The position numbers were made by a program, and so were the translations under genes. From positions 109,076-173,075 of the IMG/VR virus record IMGVR_UViG_3300033121_001869: a stretch of 64,000 nucleotides of DNA. The stretch is one strand, 5' to 3'. Shown here piece by piece: positions 47,340 through 56,329 of the stretch; position 1 is the stretch's first letter, and every line of letters starts with the position of its first letter. The notes under the pieces were generated by a model, which was not told the DNA's origin, made no database searches, and was given only the letters and a program-made list of their open reading frames with translations. Source of the DNA: a virus (Duplodnaviria; Heunggongvirae; Uroviricota; Caudoviricetes).

Positions 47340-48224
47340 ATGAGAAAATTAACAAATGATGAATTTATAAGAAAAGCAATATCTATACACGGTGAAAAAT
47401 ATGATTACTCATTGGTGGAGTACATAAATTCTAAAAAAAAGATTAAAATAATTTGTGGAAAGCATGGTATATTTGAACAGCAACCATTTAATCATATTTT
47501 AGGTAAGGGGTGTAATATTTGTAATCCTAGTTTTGGACCTAAAATAGAATTAGAAGATTTTATTTTAAGGAGTAATAAAATTCATAACTTTGAATATGAT
47601 TACTCACTGGTTGATTATGTAAATAATAAGACGAAAGTAAAAATAATTTGCAAAAAGCATGGTATTTTTGAACAAGAACCAAGAGGTCATTTATCTGGAT
47701 TGAAATGTTCAATCTGTCAAGGTAATAAAAAAATGACTACACAAGATTTTATTGATAGATGTTCAGTAATATTTCAAAATAAATATGAGTATTCAATATC
47801 TAAAATAAATGGAACAAAGAAAAAAACTAAAATTTTGTGTCCAAAGCATGGTGAATTCTCACAAACTGTCGAGTCACACCTACGAGGACATGGTTGTCCG
47901 AGGTGTAATGACTCAAAGGGTGAAAAAATAATCTCTTGGTTTTTAGATAAGAATAATATTGAATATGAAACTCAAAAAACATTCGAAGGGTGTAAAGATG
48001 TTAGAAAACTAAGATTTGATTTTTTTATACCTGCACTTAATACCTGTATTGAATTTGATGGAAAGCACCATTTTGATATAATTGAATTTGGAGAGGAAAA
48101 ACTAAAAGATACTCTTAAAAAAGATAAGATTAAAAATGAATTTTGTGATGAAAATCAAATAAATTTGATAAGAATATCTTACAAGGAAAACATATTTGAA
48201 CAATTAGAAAAAATATTAAAATGA
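47340..48224 (+). CDS. putative homing endonuclease: three tandem ~55-aa zinc-ribbon repeats plus C-terminal PD-(D/E)xK (Vsr/DUF559-like) nuclease domain
   Basis: Three repeats of the form EFIRKAISIHGEKYDYSLVEYINSKKKIKIICGKHGIFEQQPFNHILGKGCNIC. The C-terminus FDFFIPALNTCIEFDGKHH...D..K is an endonuclease-like fold. It abuts the ligA stop. Confidence 0.6.
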   Translation: MRKLTNDEFIRKAISIHGEKYDYSLVEYINSKKKIKIICGKHGIFEQQPFNHILGKGCNICNPSFGPKIELEDFILRSNKIHNFEYDYSLVDYVNNKTKVKIICKKHGIFEQEPRGHLSGLKCSICQGNKKMTTQDFIDRCSVIFQNKYEYSISKINGTKKKTKILCPKHGEFSQTVESHLRGHGCPRCNDSKGEKIISWFLDKNNIEYETQKTFEGCKDVRKLRFDFFIPALNTCIEFDGKHHFDIIEFGEEKLKDTLKKDKIKNEFCDENQINLIRISYKENIFEQLEKILK

Positions 48225-48511
48225 AAAAAGAATTAAATAATGAATATGACATTGATGTTAGAAACATGAATGACATAGTAGAAGAAATAGGCGGATTTAA
48301 AATAACGGATGGGAAATTCATGATTCCGACCAAAAAATATGATCCTGATAATTTCTTAATAAAGAAAATACTTGTAAAAGAATGTACAGGGGGAGACTCA
48401 CATCATCTTGAACAAATTTTCCTAATGAAAGATGGAAAATTTATTTTAGAAGTTGATAATGGTGAGACTTGTGAGTATTTTTATTCGGAAAATTTAAAAG
48501 ATTTAATATAA
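48221..48511 (+). CDS. hypothetical protein
   Basis: ORF of 96 aa. Confidence 0.4.
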   Translation: MKKELNNEYDIDVRNMNDIVEEIGGFKITDGKFMIPTKKYDPDNFLIKKILVKECTGGDSHHLEQIFLMKDGKFILEVDNGETCEYFYSENLKDLI

Positions 48512-48936
48512 TGGAAAAAAAATTAAACTCATTTACTGAATTAACCAAACCAGGACAATTACTTTTGGTTGATAATCCTCTTATAAAAGATGATTTGGTT
48601 GTTTTTTCAACAAAACATAAAACACATAAATACCCAATTACAGATTCCAATGGCAGAAAGCTAAGAAATGTTAGTCAATCTACCGGCGGAATTGCACCGA
48701 TATATGCTGATACTGTTGGTGATACAGGTGATGAAATGATATGGCAATATGGTTTCGAGTCAAGTACAGCTGGATCCTACACATTTGATGAAACTGATTC
48801 TCCCAAAGGATGGAATTTCAGGATTATTGATGAGAATCATCCAAAGTATGACAAAAAATTTGCATCATATGGAAATATGATGAATAATGTAATGAAAATG
48901 GCGGCTAAAATGTTTGGAGAAAGCGACTTAATTTAA
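48511..48936 (+). CDS. hypothetical protein
   Basis: ORF of 141 aa. Confidence 0.45.
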   Translation: MEKKLNSFTELTKPGQLLLVDNPLIKDDLVVFSTKHKTHKYPITDSNGRKLRNVSQSTGGIAPIYADTVGDTGDEMIWQYGFESSTAGSYTFDETDSPKGWNFRIIDENHPKYDKKFASYGNMMNNVMKMAAKMFGESDLI

Positions 48937-48940
48937 AAAT

Positions 48941-49684
48941 ATGAAAAAGATAGAATTTTATAATGCAATGGTTGATGTCTACCAAAAAACAGGTCAAGGA
49001 GTCCCGTATTTCCTAAAAAATAGATTACCTAATCCAAGAATAGTTGACGATTTAATAAAAGATGGTCTCGTTAAAATTGTAACTACTCATTATTCAACTT
49101 TACCAGATGATAAAACACTATGTCTAACAAAAGGATATTGTGTAGAAGAAGATATAAGTAATAGAGATAGCCAAGCCCTTTCTTATATAAGAATGTATTT
49201 AGATATAGATCCTATTATTAGCTTAGGGAGTATCCAGTTATCTATTGATGATGCAAAAAATAATCCAGACTTTATGGATGGTTACAACGAATGGTTGGCA
49301 GAAAACAAAGATAAATTGGATGAAATGAAAAATGTTACACACTTAAAAGATGGTGATATTAGTGAATTTAAAGCTGAAGATTTGAGCGAGGAAGAATCAG
49401 ATTACCTAAAAACTAGATTTTGGTATAAAAAAAATAAAACCATTAAAGAGTGTTTGATGAATCTTAATGAGGGTAATAATGACATAGAAAAACTACTCAA
49501 GAATTACAAACAAATGATAGATTTAAAATATTCATCTAAATCTGAAAATCATTTAAAAACCGTAAAAAAAGATGAGGAAGAATTTTCTAAGTTGAAAAAA
49601 GAACAAGAAATAAGATCAAAAATTGAACTTTTTCTTCTTTCAATAGAGGATAAAAGTGAACTAATTCAAAATATTATAAATTAA
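48941..49684 (+). CDS. hypothetical protein
   Basis: ORF of 247 aa. Confidence 0.5.
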   Translation: MKKIEFYNAMVDVYQKTGQGVPYFLKNRLPNPRIVDDLIKDGLVKIVTTHYSTLPDDKTLCLTKGYCVEEDISNRDSQALSYIRMYLDIDPIISLGSIQLSIDDAKNNPDFMDGYNEWLAENKDKLDEMKNVTHLKDGDISEFKAEDLSEEESDYLKTRFWYKKNKTIKECLMNLNEGNNDIEKLLKNYKQMIDLKYSSKSENHLKTVKKDEEEFSKLKKEQEIRSKIELFLLSIEDKSELIQNIIN

Positions 49685-49689
49685 TAATC

Positions 49690-50073
49690 ATGTTTACAAC
49701 AATAATTATTGCAATTCTGTGTTTTATTTTTGGATTTTTTATTGGAAAAATAACTGAAAATTCAAAAAAAGTCGAACCTCAATATCTGAGAAGAGGAATC
49801 TCTGATAAAGTATATACTTTATATCGTGATGGTATAAAAAGAGAGGATGTTCATGTGCAAATTGAAGTTGGTGAAATTGAAAGAACCAATACAAAATCCA
49901 AAATAGTATCACTCAATTTAATATTTGATGATTCCTCACACAATAGTTATGGGAATAAAGAAAAGATAAAATCTCTTATGGATAATAGTTGGGTCGAATC
50001 AAATTCAATAGAATGGATTGAAGATAATCTAAACGATAAAAGAAATCAAAAAATTGATCAAATATTAAAATAA
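49690..50073 (+). CDS. hypothetical membrane-anchored protein
   Basis: N-terminal hydrophobic helix FTTIIIAILCFIFGFFIG. Confidence 0.45.
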   Translation: MFTTIIIAILCFIFGFFIGKITENSKKVEPQYLRRGISDKVYTLYRDGIKREDVHVQIEVGEIERTNTKSKIVSLNLIFDDSSHNSYGNKEKIKSLMDNSWVESNSIEWIEDNLNDKRNQKIDQILK

Positions 50074-50150
50074 AAATTATTTATAAATTAGTTAAAAATA
50101 AAGAATTAGAATTTTCCAAGCATCTTTGTTATATTGGGGATGACCCATTA

Positions 50151-50369
50151 TTGGAACGATTCAAGAGATATATTCTAGTAGAATGTGAATACTCAGGAGA
50201 TAACAAAAAAGAAAAAGTATTTCTAATTCATGACATAATGAAAAATAAAACAATTACAAGAAACGATGATCCGAATAAACCATTACATGCAAATTTAGAG
50301 GATTTCACAGATGATTTGGATATTTGGATATTAAATAACAGACATAAAAAATTAAATTCACTATTATGA
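50151..50369 (+). CDS. hypothetical protein
   Basis: ORF of 72 aa with a TTG start in the track. Confidence 0.3.
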   Translation: MERFKRYILVECEYSGDNKKEKVFLIHDIMKNKTITRNDDPNKPLHANLEDFTDDLDIWILNNRHKKLNSLL

Positions 50370-50566
50370 AAACCCAAAAATTACTGAAAAAATTAGGATA
50401 TGGATATTCTATATCATATAACGAATACACAAAAAAATACTTTGTGTATAAAAATGGAGACTGGTCACTTGGAACCGAAATAAAACCTGACTCGAAGATT
50501 TCCTATCATAAAAAATTAAAAAAATCTATAAAATTATATTTAAAAAGGTTTAAAAAATCCACATAA
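50366..50566 (+). CDS. hypothetical protein
   Basis: ORF of 66 aa, Lys-rich. Confidence 0.3.
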   Translation: MKTQKLLKKLGYGYSISYNEYTKKYFVYKNGDWSLGTEIKPDSKISYHKKLKKSIKLYLKRFKKST

Positions 50567-50667
50567 GATAACAAAACTTTTTGAATATATATTTTATAAT
50601 ATTAATTGTGCTATTGTGTAAAACAACACACAAATTTAAGTGCAAATAAAAAAAAATAAACGGCAAT

Positions 50668-51279
50668 ATGACATCGAAGGCAATTTTTTTCCCAGAACAA
50701 GAACAATTTTTTAAAGAAAGAACAGGTAAGGATTTTATATTTTTTTATCAAAAATACTATCCAAAACTACTTTACTACACATCAAAGATGTGTTTATCAG
50801 CTAAAATGGATTCTGCTAAAGCAGAGGACATCTCCACAGATTCATTTCTAATCGCATTTGAAAAAATCGATAAATATGAAAAAGAAAAAGCTCAATTCTC
50901 AACATGGCTATTTACGATAGCTAGAAATCTTATGCTACAAGAAATAAAAAACAATGGCAAAACAATGTCAATGGATATTGAAGTAGATGATGAGGGAACA
51001 ACAATGAAAGATTTTCTAAAAGAGGCAGAATCGGAGCAACCAAGACAAAATCTAATTGAGAAAAAAGCAGAAATAATGCTTAAACATATTTCTCAACTAA
51101 AAGAACCCTATAAACAAGTAATTGAAATGAGGGAAATTAAAAAAATGGCATATAAAGATATTGCCAGTCATTTAGGCAAAAACCTATCTACAATTAAATC
51201 GCAAATAAGAAACGGTAGAGCTATTCTAATTGCAGAATCTGAAAAGGAATTCGCACAACTTGAAGAAATGTATCTATAA
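50668..51279 (+). CDS. RNA polymerase sigma-70 family factor (ECF-like: regions 2 and 4)
   Basis: Region 2 FSTWLFTIARNLMLQEIK and a region 4 helix-turn-helix YKDIASHLGKNLSTIKSQIRNGRAIL. Confidence 0.7.
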   Translation: MTSKAIFFPEQEQFFKERTGKDFIFFYQKYYPKLLYYTSKMCLSAKMDSAKAEDISTDSFLIAFEKIDKYEKEKAQFSTWLFTIARNLMLQEIKNNGKTMSMDIEVDDEGTTMKDFLKEAESEQPRQNLIEKKAEIMLKHISQLKEPYKQVIEMREIKKMAYKDIASHLGKNLSTIKSQIRNGRAILIAESEKEFAQLEEMYL

Positions 51280-51296
51280 AAAAATAATAAAATAAA

Positions 51297-51608
51297 ATGG
51301 CAGTTAAAGTAACAGATGAAAATTTTAAAGACTTCACATCAAATGGTGTGGCTTTAGTGGATATTTATGCAGAATGGTGCGGACCTTGTAAAGTCGTTGG
51401 ACCAATTGTTGAACAATTATCCAATGAGTATGATAACGTGAAAATTGGAAAATTAGATGCAGACGAAAATAAAGAGACAACACTTGAATTAGGAGTTCGT
51501 AGTATTCCAACAATACTAATCTATAAAAATGGTGAAATCGTTGAAAAACATGTTGGAGCAGCATCCAAATCACATTTAAAATCATTAATTGATAAACATT
51601 TGATTTAA
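51297..51608 (+). CDS. trxA: thioredoxin
   Basis: WCGPCK active site in the expected thioredoxin fold, about 103 aa. Confidence 0.85.
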   Translation: MAVKVTDENFKDFTSNGVALVDIYAEWCGPCKVVGPIVEQLSNEYDNVKIGKLDADENKETTLELGVRSIPTILIYKNGEIVEKHVGAASKSHLKSLIDKHLI

Positions 51609-52195
51609 TGTATGTTATTGATAGAATATTAAATTCTAATACTACGCTAATAGGACATGATGCCCGAAATGAAATTTCAGTTGAAAAAATACTAAATTCC
51701 ATTCCGGGCATTGTTTCTTTTGGAAAAGATACAGAAATAACCGATCACGAAATACTAAATTATTTTGATTCGGTTTCACATATTCGAAATTATAAAATTT
51801 CACTACTTAAGAACGAAAACATAATAATATCAGTATATTTAAATAATCTTATCTTTGAAAAAGATGATAACTTAGTAATGGGATTCCCAGAATTTAAATC
51901 GAAAAAAATGAAGAATTTTTTATCAACTCTTCAAAGTAGGATTTATCTATTAAGTTGTGAAAATTCAATTAAAATTAAATTGGTTTTAGTAACTTCTGTT
52001 AATAAAACATTTCTTCCCTCTGGTCAATCAATAGTACTAAAAGGAGGTGACTTTATGTTATATATGTGTGATGTAGCTATACAAATAATTGAAGATAAAA
52101 TTCAAATAATTAAGGATAGACAATATTCTGAAAAAAATTTTCATCTAAAAGAAGAAATAAGAGAATTATCAATTAATCAAATATTAAATGAATAA
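51608..52195 (+). CDS. hypothetical protein
   Basis: ORF of 195 aa. Confidence 0.45.
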   Translation: MYVIDRILNSNTTLIGHDARNEISVEKILNSIPGIVSFGKDTEITDHEILNYFDSVSHIRNYKISLLKNENIIISVYLNNLIFEKDDNLVMGFPEFKSKKMKNFLSTLQSRIYLLSCENSIKIKLVLVTSVNKTFLPSGQSIVLKGGDFMLYMCDVAIQIIEDKIQIIKDRQYSEKNFHLKEEIRELSINQILNE

Positions 52196-52838
52196 ATCAC
52201 AAGTAGAAATATTATCAAAAATAAATATTAAGTCTGATATAAAAACCTCGGGATTTATATGGTTAAATGATGATATAAAATATAAAATTATACAGAATGT
52301 GACCATGACTGAAATATCTAACTTATATCCAAAGATATTAGTAGATCTTTTTAAAAATGGATTAATTCCACAATCTGAATTTGATAATATATCAAAAGTA
52401 AATTTTATATTAAATAATAAAGAACTTCTAAAAAAAACAGAAGATTGGCAAAATCTTAAATTTTTTGTAAATTCTTATTACGGAAAATTATCGGATCCTT
52501 TTAATAATATAAATGAAAAATATGAAGGTATAATATCAACCAAACGACTACAAAAATATATTGAAATGGAATATACTAATCTATTAAGCCTAAATAATAA
52601 TATTTTATATATTGATACTGATATTATATTTAGCCAAGGTGATATTATTACAAACAATATATTCGATATACAACCAATAAAAGAAAATGCAAATATATTT
52701 CTAATCGAATCAATTAAGAAATATTTCTATCATGATGGAGATAATTATGTAATAAGAGGCAAAATAGATATAAACAAATATAAACCCGAAATACAATCTA
52801 TATTTAGAGATCAAAAACTAAATAAATTAGGAGTATGA
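52188..52838 (+). CDS. hypothetical protein
   Basis: ORF of 216 aa. Confidence 0.45.
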   Translation: MNKSQVEILSKINIKSDIKTSGFIWLNDDIKYKIIQNVTMTEISNLYPKILVDLFKNGLIPQSEFDNISKVNFILNNKELLKKTEDWQNLKFFVNSYYGKLSDPFNNINEKYEGIISTKRLQKYIEMEYTNLLSLNNNILYIDTDIIFSQGDIITNNIFDIQPIKENANIFLIESIKKYFYHDGDNYVIRGKIDINKYKPEIQSIFRDQKLNKLGV

Positions 52839-53083
52839 AAATAATCTGTACAGATAATGTTGAAAGATTAGGAGGTATGGGATTTAGACATAGTGATGTT
52901 ACTATCGGTAAAACCTATGATTGTATATTAATTGAAGAAATATTATCTACCGATAACACCTTCACCTATTTGAAATATAAAATAAAAAATGATGATGGTA
53001 GATTAGTATCTAAACCTACTGAGCTTTTTGATACCATTGAGGAAAATCGTAATAAAAAATTATGTCAATTGGATATAATTTAG
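52835..53083 (+). CDS. hypothetical protein
   Basis: ORF of 82 aa. Confidence 0.4.
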   Translation: MKIICTDNVERLGGMGFRHSDVTIGKTYDCILIEEILSTDNTFTYLKYKIKNDDGRLVSKPTELFDTIEENRNKKLCQLDII

Positions 53084-53091
53084 TATCTTTG
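53084..53091 (+). promoter_or_regulatory. TATCTTTG (-7-like) element upstream of the structured smpB leader
   Basis: TAnnTTTG match immediately 5' of the structured element. Confidence 0.3.
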
Positions 53092-53093
53092 TG

Positions 53094-53155
53094 AAAAGTA
53101 GGAAGTAGGTGTGGCGCAACCTGTAAACGGCAGAACCTGTTTACCCTACTTTTTT
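53094..53155 (+). ncRNA. structured leader or attenuator-like RNA element upstream of smpB (or terminator of the upstream operon)
   Basis: Direct repeat GTAGG-AA-GTAGG gives two alternative partners for the downstream CCTAC. Inner hairpin GTAAAC-ggcagaacct-GTTTAC. Duplicated AACCTGT. A U6 run follows. Confidence 0.35.
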
Positions 53156-53167
53156 AATAGAAATAAA

Positions 53168-53611
53168 ATGAAAATAGTTAATAGAAAAGCATATTATGAT
53201 TATCATGTACTCGATGAATTTATCGCCGGTATTATGCTTTCTGGATCTGAAGTAAAGTCATTAAGACAAAGTGATGTTAATTTTAATGATGCATATATTA
53301 TTTTCAGTAAAGGCGAATTATTCATAAAAAATATGAGAATAGCATCGTATAAAGATGCAACATATAATAATCATGATGAAAAGCGTGATAAGAAAATCCT
53401 CTTAAAAAAGAGAGAGATAAATAAGATTTCAAGAGAGATAAGTGAGAAAGGAATATCTGTTATACCACTTGAAATTTTCATGATAAAGAATCGTTTTAAA
53501 ATAAAAATTGGAATTTGTCGTGGTAAAAAGAATTGGAATAAAAAGGAAATTATAAAAACAAAAGATATTGAAAGAGATATAAAAAGAAATGAGGGTTTAA
53601 AATTAAAATAA
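53168..53611 (+). CDS. smpB: SsrA-binding protein SmpB
   Basis: YHVLDEFIAGIMLSGSEVKSLRQSDVNFNDAYIIFSKGELFIKNMRIASYK...HDEKRDKKILLKKREINKI...KGISVIPLEIFMIKNRFKIKIGICRGKK aligns along its length with bacterial SmpB. The ATG at 53168 is preferred over the GTG at 53111. Confidence 0.8.
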   Translation: MKIVNRKAYYDYHVLDEFIAGIMLSGSEVKSLRQSDVNFNDAYIIFSKGELFIKNMRIASYKDATYNNHDEKRDKKILLKKREINKISREISEKGISVIPLEIFMIKNRFKIKIGICRGKKNWNKKEIIKTKDIERDIKRNEGLKLK

Positions 53612-53716
53612 ATTTGTGGTAATACATAGTAAGTTAATAAGTTATTAGTAGAATCTCCTTGATAAACCTTACGAATCCACACTTAAATTAATATAATAAT
53701 AAATGAAGGAGAATAT

Positions 53717-53740
53717 GGTCGGATTTATCCGACCTTTTTT
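53717..53740 (+). terminator. intrinsic terminator after smpB
   Basis: GGTCGGAT-TT-ATCCGACC followed by TTTTTT. Confidence 0.7.
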
Positions 53741-53780
53741 ATTTTATATTTTTAATATATAAGTAAATAAAAATTTTTAA

Positions 53781-54056
53781 ATGAGAAATATTCGTGATTT
53801 TAAATCCTTCATAAATGAATCATCTGACAATATTGATGATGAATTTACACAAATAGTTAATAAATCAATAGAATTGGGACCAATTCGTGATGATGATAAA
53901 GAATCATTTAAAAAATATATTACCGACTTCAAAAATTCTGATTCTAATGGAAAAAATAAAATATTATCTTCATTCTCAGAGGATTTAGAGTGGGCATATG
54001 AAGATATTTATGATGAAGTATCTGATTTAATTAACTCTCTTGCTAAAAAGATATAA
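53781..54056 (+). CDS. hypothetical protein
   Basis: ORF of 91 aa, acidic. Confidence 0.4.
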   Translation: MRNIRDFKSFINESSDNIDDEFTQIVNKSIELGPIRDDDKESFKKYITDFKNSDSNGKNKILSSFSEDLEWAYEDIYDEVSDLINSLAKKI

Positions 54057-54089
54057 ATTTTTAGTATATTTACATAAAATTTATAAAAA

Positions 54090-54494
54090 ATGACTCTTAA
54101 AGAAAAAATTAATGCTGACTTCATGACAGCATTTAAGGAGAAAAGATTTGAAGTAAAATCTTTACTTGGTACAATTAAAGGTGAAATCCAAACCACAGAA
54201 AAAAATCTAAGAATAGAAAATCTTTCTGATGAGGAAGTATCTAAAATTCTTAACAAATTTGTCAAGAATTTAAAAGAAAATATAAAATTGGTTAATGATG
54301 ATAAATCAAAATTTGAGCTTGAAATTATTGAATCATACTTGCCAAAAAATCTTTCAGAAGAGGAAATTGAAATTAAAATCAACTCACTTGTTAATTCAGG
54401 TATTAAAAATATTGGATTAATAATGAAAGAATTTTCTAATTTGCCTGTTGATAAAAAATTAGTATCTGATATAGCCAAAAAGCTAATTTCATGA
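54090..54494 (+). CDS. GatB/YqeY-domain protein
   Basis: MTLKEKINADFMTAFKEK...EIIESYLPKNLSEEEIEIKINSLV parallels YqeY MSLKEQI..DLK.AMKAKD...ILEEYLPQQLSEEEI. Confidence 0.7.
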   Translation: MTLKEKINADFMTAFKEKRFEVKSLLGTIKGEIQTTEKNLRIENLSDEEVSKILNKFVKNLKENIKLVNDDKSKFELEIIESYLPKNLSEEEIEIKINSLVNSGIKNIGLIMKEFSNLPVDKKLVSDIAKKLIS

Positions 54495-54709
54495 AAATAG
54501 ATACAAATGATGTCAGGACATGGCTTCGATATATTCATGAATATCTGATAGTCCGCAATGATGGAAGAACTTCCCAAATAAGGGAAGTTCTTTATTCAGA
54601 TCAAAAAGTAATTGAGGTGTATCGAAATCCATCTAAATTCATAGAATTTTACAATGATGCCTACCCTAATATTAAAACATTAGAGGAGTTTATACGTGAA
54701 CATAAATAA
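54491..54709 (+). CDS. hypothetical protein
   Basis: ORF of 72 aa. Confidence 0.35.
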   Translation: MKIDTNDVRTWLRYIHEYLIVRNDGRTSQIREVLYSDQKVIEVYRNPSKFIEFYNDAYPNIKTLEEFIREHK

Positions 54710-54732
54710 GATTTTTGAATAATATATAAAAA

Positions 54733-55863
54733 GTGAAGCATATAAAAAAATATAATGAATCGACATCATCGATTAAAATGCTTAGTATCTCAAATAGTAT
54801 TCTAAGCTTAATACCAAACCATAAAGTTGTCAATGATGAAGTTATTGTTGATGGTAATGTTGAGTTACAAGGTAAGAAGATAGATTCTATACCATTCAAA
54901 TTTTCAAAAATTAATGGGTATATAAATGTTAGAAACAATAATTTAACTTCATTTGAATTTTTACCAGAAGAATGTTCGGACTATATTATTTCTAAAAATC
55001 CAGGAGTAAAAAGTGGAATATTGGGAGATATATTCAATTTAATGTCAGACTATAATAATGAAATAAAAGGAGTATATAAATCACTATTTAATCTTTTTAT
55101 AAAAAAGTGTGTTCAATATGATTCTTGGCATAATGGAGAAAGTAATGATGTTGCCATTGAATGTGCTTGGATAGATACCAAAATCGAAAAATATAACATA
55201 AATAAGGATTCAATAATTTTTGGAATGCCTGAAATTCTCAATTTAGAAGATGAATATATTCTAAAGGATTTTTTTGAAATTAAAACTAAAAATTGGATAT
55301 CCGAACTGGTTGAGGATTTGGTAAATAAAATTAAATCAAACTCAGAGGATAAAGATGATGTAAGTGAGAAAATACCATTTTTTAAAATACTATACTATCT
55401 AATAAAAGATGATTTCGATAAGCAAATTGAAAAGATAGTTATTGATAAATATGATTTATCAGATATTTATAAAAAAATGGATAAAATACCACATATGAAT
55501 CCAAAAGAACTAAATGAATTTGTTTATTTAATGGGTAAAAAAATAATTAGAACAGATGATATAAAAGACAGAGACAACAATAATGATCTGTTTGTTTTCA
55601 TAGCCAAAGATAAATTCGTAAAATCTGGAGAAGCTTATAGAAAAACAATTGAAATTGAAAATTTATTAAAAATTGATTTATACGACCAATCAGATCTTGA
55701 ACAGGTTAATATGATGAGACTTCGATCTAGAATGAATGCATCAGATTTATATATGATAAGAATGCCAAAAGGTGTCTTTGATGAAGAGAAGGATTCATAT
55801 AGTGAAGATGAAATACCAGAATGGCTTTTAGATTTAATCGATAAAAAAAAGACAAAAATCTAA
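54733..55863 (+). CDS. hypothetical protein
   Basis: ORF of 376 aa. Confidence 0.5.
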   Translation: MKHIKKYNESTSSIKMLSISNSILSLIPNHKVVNDEVIVDGNVELQGKKIDSIPFKFSKINGYINVRNNNLTSFEFLPEECSDYIISKNPGVKSGILGDIFNLMSDYNNEIKGVYKSLFNLFIKKCVQYDSWHNGESNDVAIECAWIDTKIEKYNINKDSIIFGMPEILNLEDEYILKDFFEIKTKNWISELVEDLVNKIKSNSEDKDDVSEKIPFFKILYYLIKDDFDKQIEKIVIDKYDLSDIYKKMDKIPHMNPKELNEFVYLMGKKIIRTDDIKDRDNNNDLFVFIAKDKFVKSGEAYRKTIEIENLLKIDLYDQSDLEQVNMMRLRSRMNASDLYMIRMPKGVFDEEKDSYSEDEIPEWLLDLIDKKKTKI

Positions 55864-55873
55864 TATATAGAAC

Positions 55874-56311
55874 ATGGAACATTTGAAACTCTTTGAAGAT
55901 TTTAAAAATATAACTGAAGAAGAAATTGAAAATTACTTAAAAAGTAATTTCTCCTCAGATTGGTTTGATTCGGAATTGTCTGAGAGGGTATATGATTATA
56001 TCAGTGAAGATGAAGCTGAGGACTATGACGGTAATTTTGAAGAGGCTTATAAAAACTTATCAACTGGCGGTGCTATTGAGTATGACTTACTAAAAGTGAT
56101 GTCTGATGAAACATCATCACACTTTAAAATATCATCAGAAGAAAAAATAGATAAAAGAAGTATATCTGATATTTGTCATGATCATTTAATGGAAACTTGT
56201 GAGTGGTATGATAAATTTGTATTTAATAGGAAATCAACCGAACCATATAAAAGCTTCTTTGGAAATTTAGATTTAAATTTTGATAAAACCGATGATGGAA
56301 TTCAATTATAA
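55874..56311 (+). CDS. hypothetical acidic protein
   Basis: ORF of 145 aa, rich in Asp and Glu. Confidence 0.45.
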   Translation: MEHLKLFEDFKNITEEEIENYLKSNFSSDWFDSELSERVYDYISEDEAEDYDGNFEEAYKNLSTGGAIEYDLLKVMSDETSSHFKISSEEKIDKRSISDICHDHLMETCEWYDKFVFNRKSTEPYKSFFGNLDLNFDKTDDGIQL

Positions 56312-56317
56312 TTTTAT

Positions 56318-56325
56318 TATATTTG
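56318..56325 (+). promoter_or_regulatory. TATATTTG (-7-like) element 4 nt before the ATG of the membrane protein gene (possible leaderless mRNA)
   Basis: Exact TAnnTTTG match. Confidence 0.3.
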
Positions 56326-56329
56326 CTTA

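Noticed and set aside
53612-53780. Possible tmRNA (ssrA) gene next to smpB
   Set aside because: No 5' GGGG acceptor start, no T-arm GGTTCGAnTCC and no 3' CCA. The interval holds only a simple hairpin terminator and AT-rich spacer.
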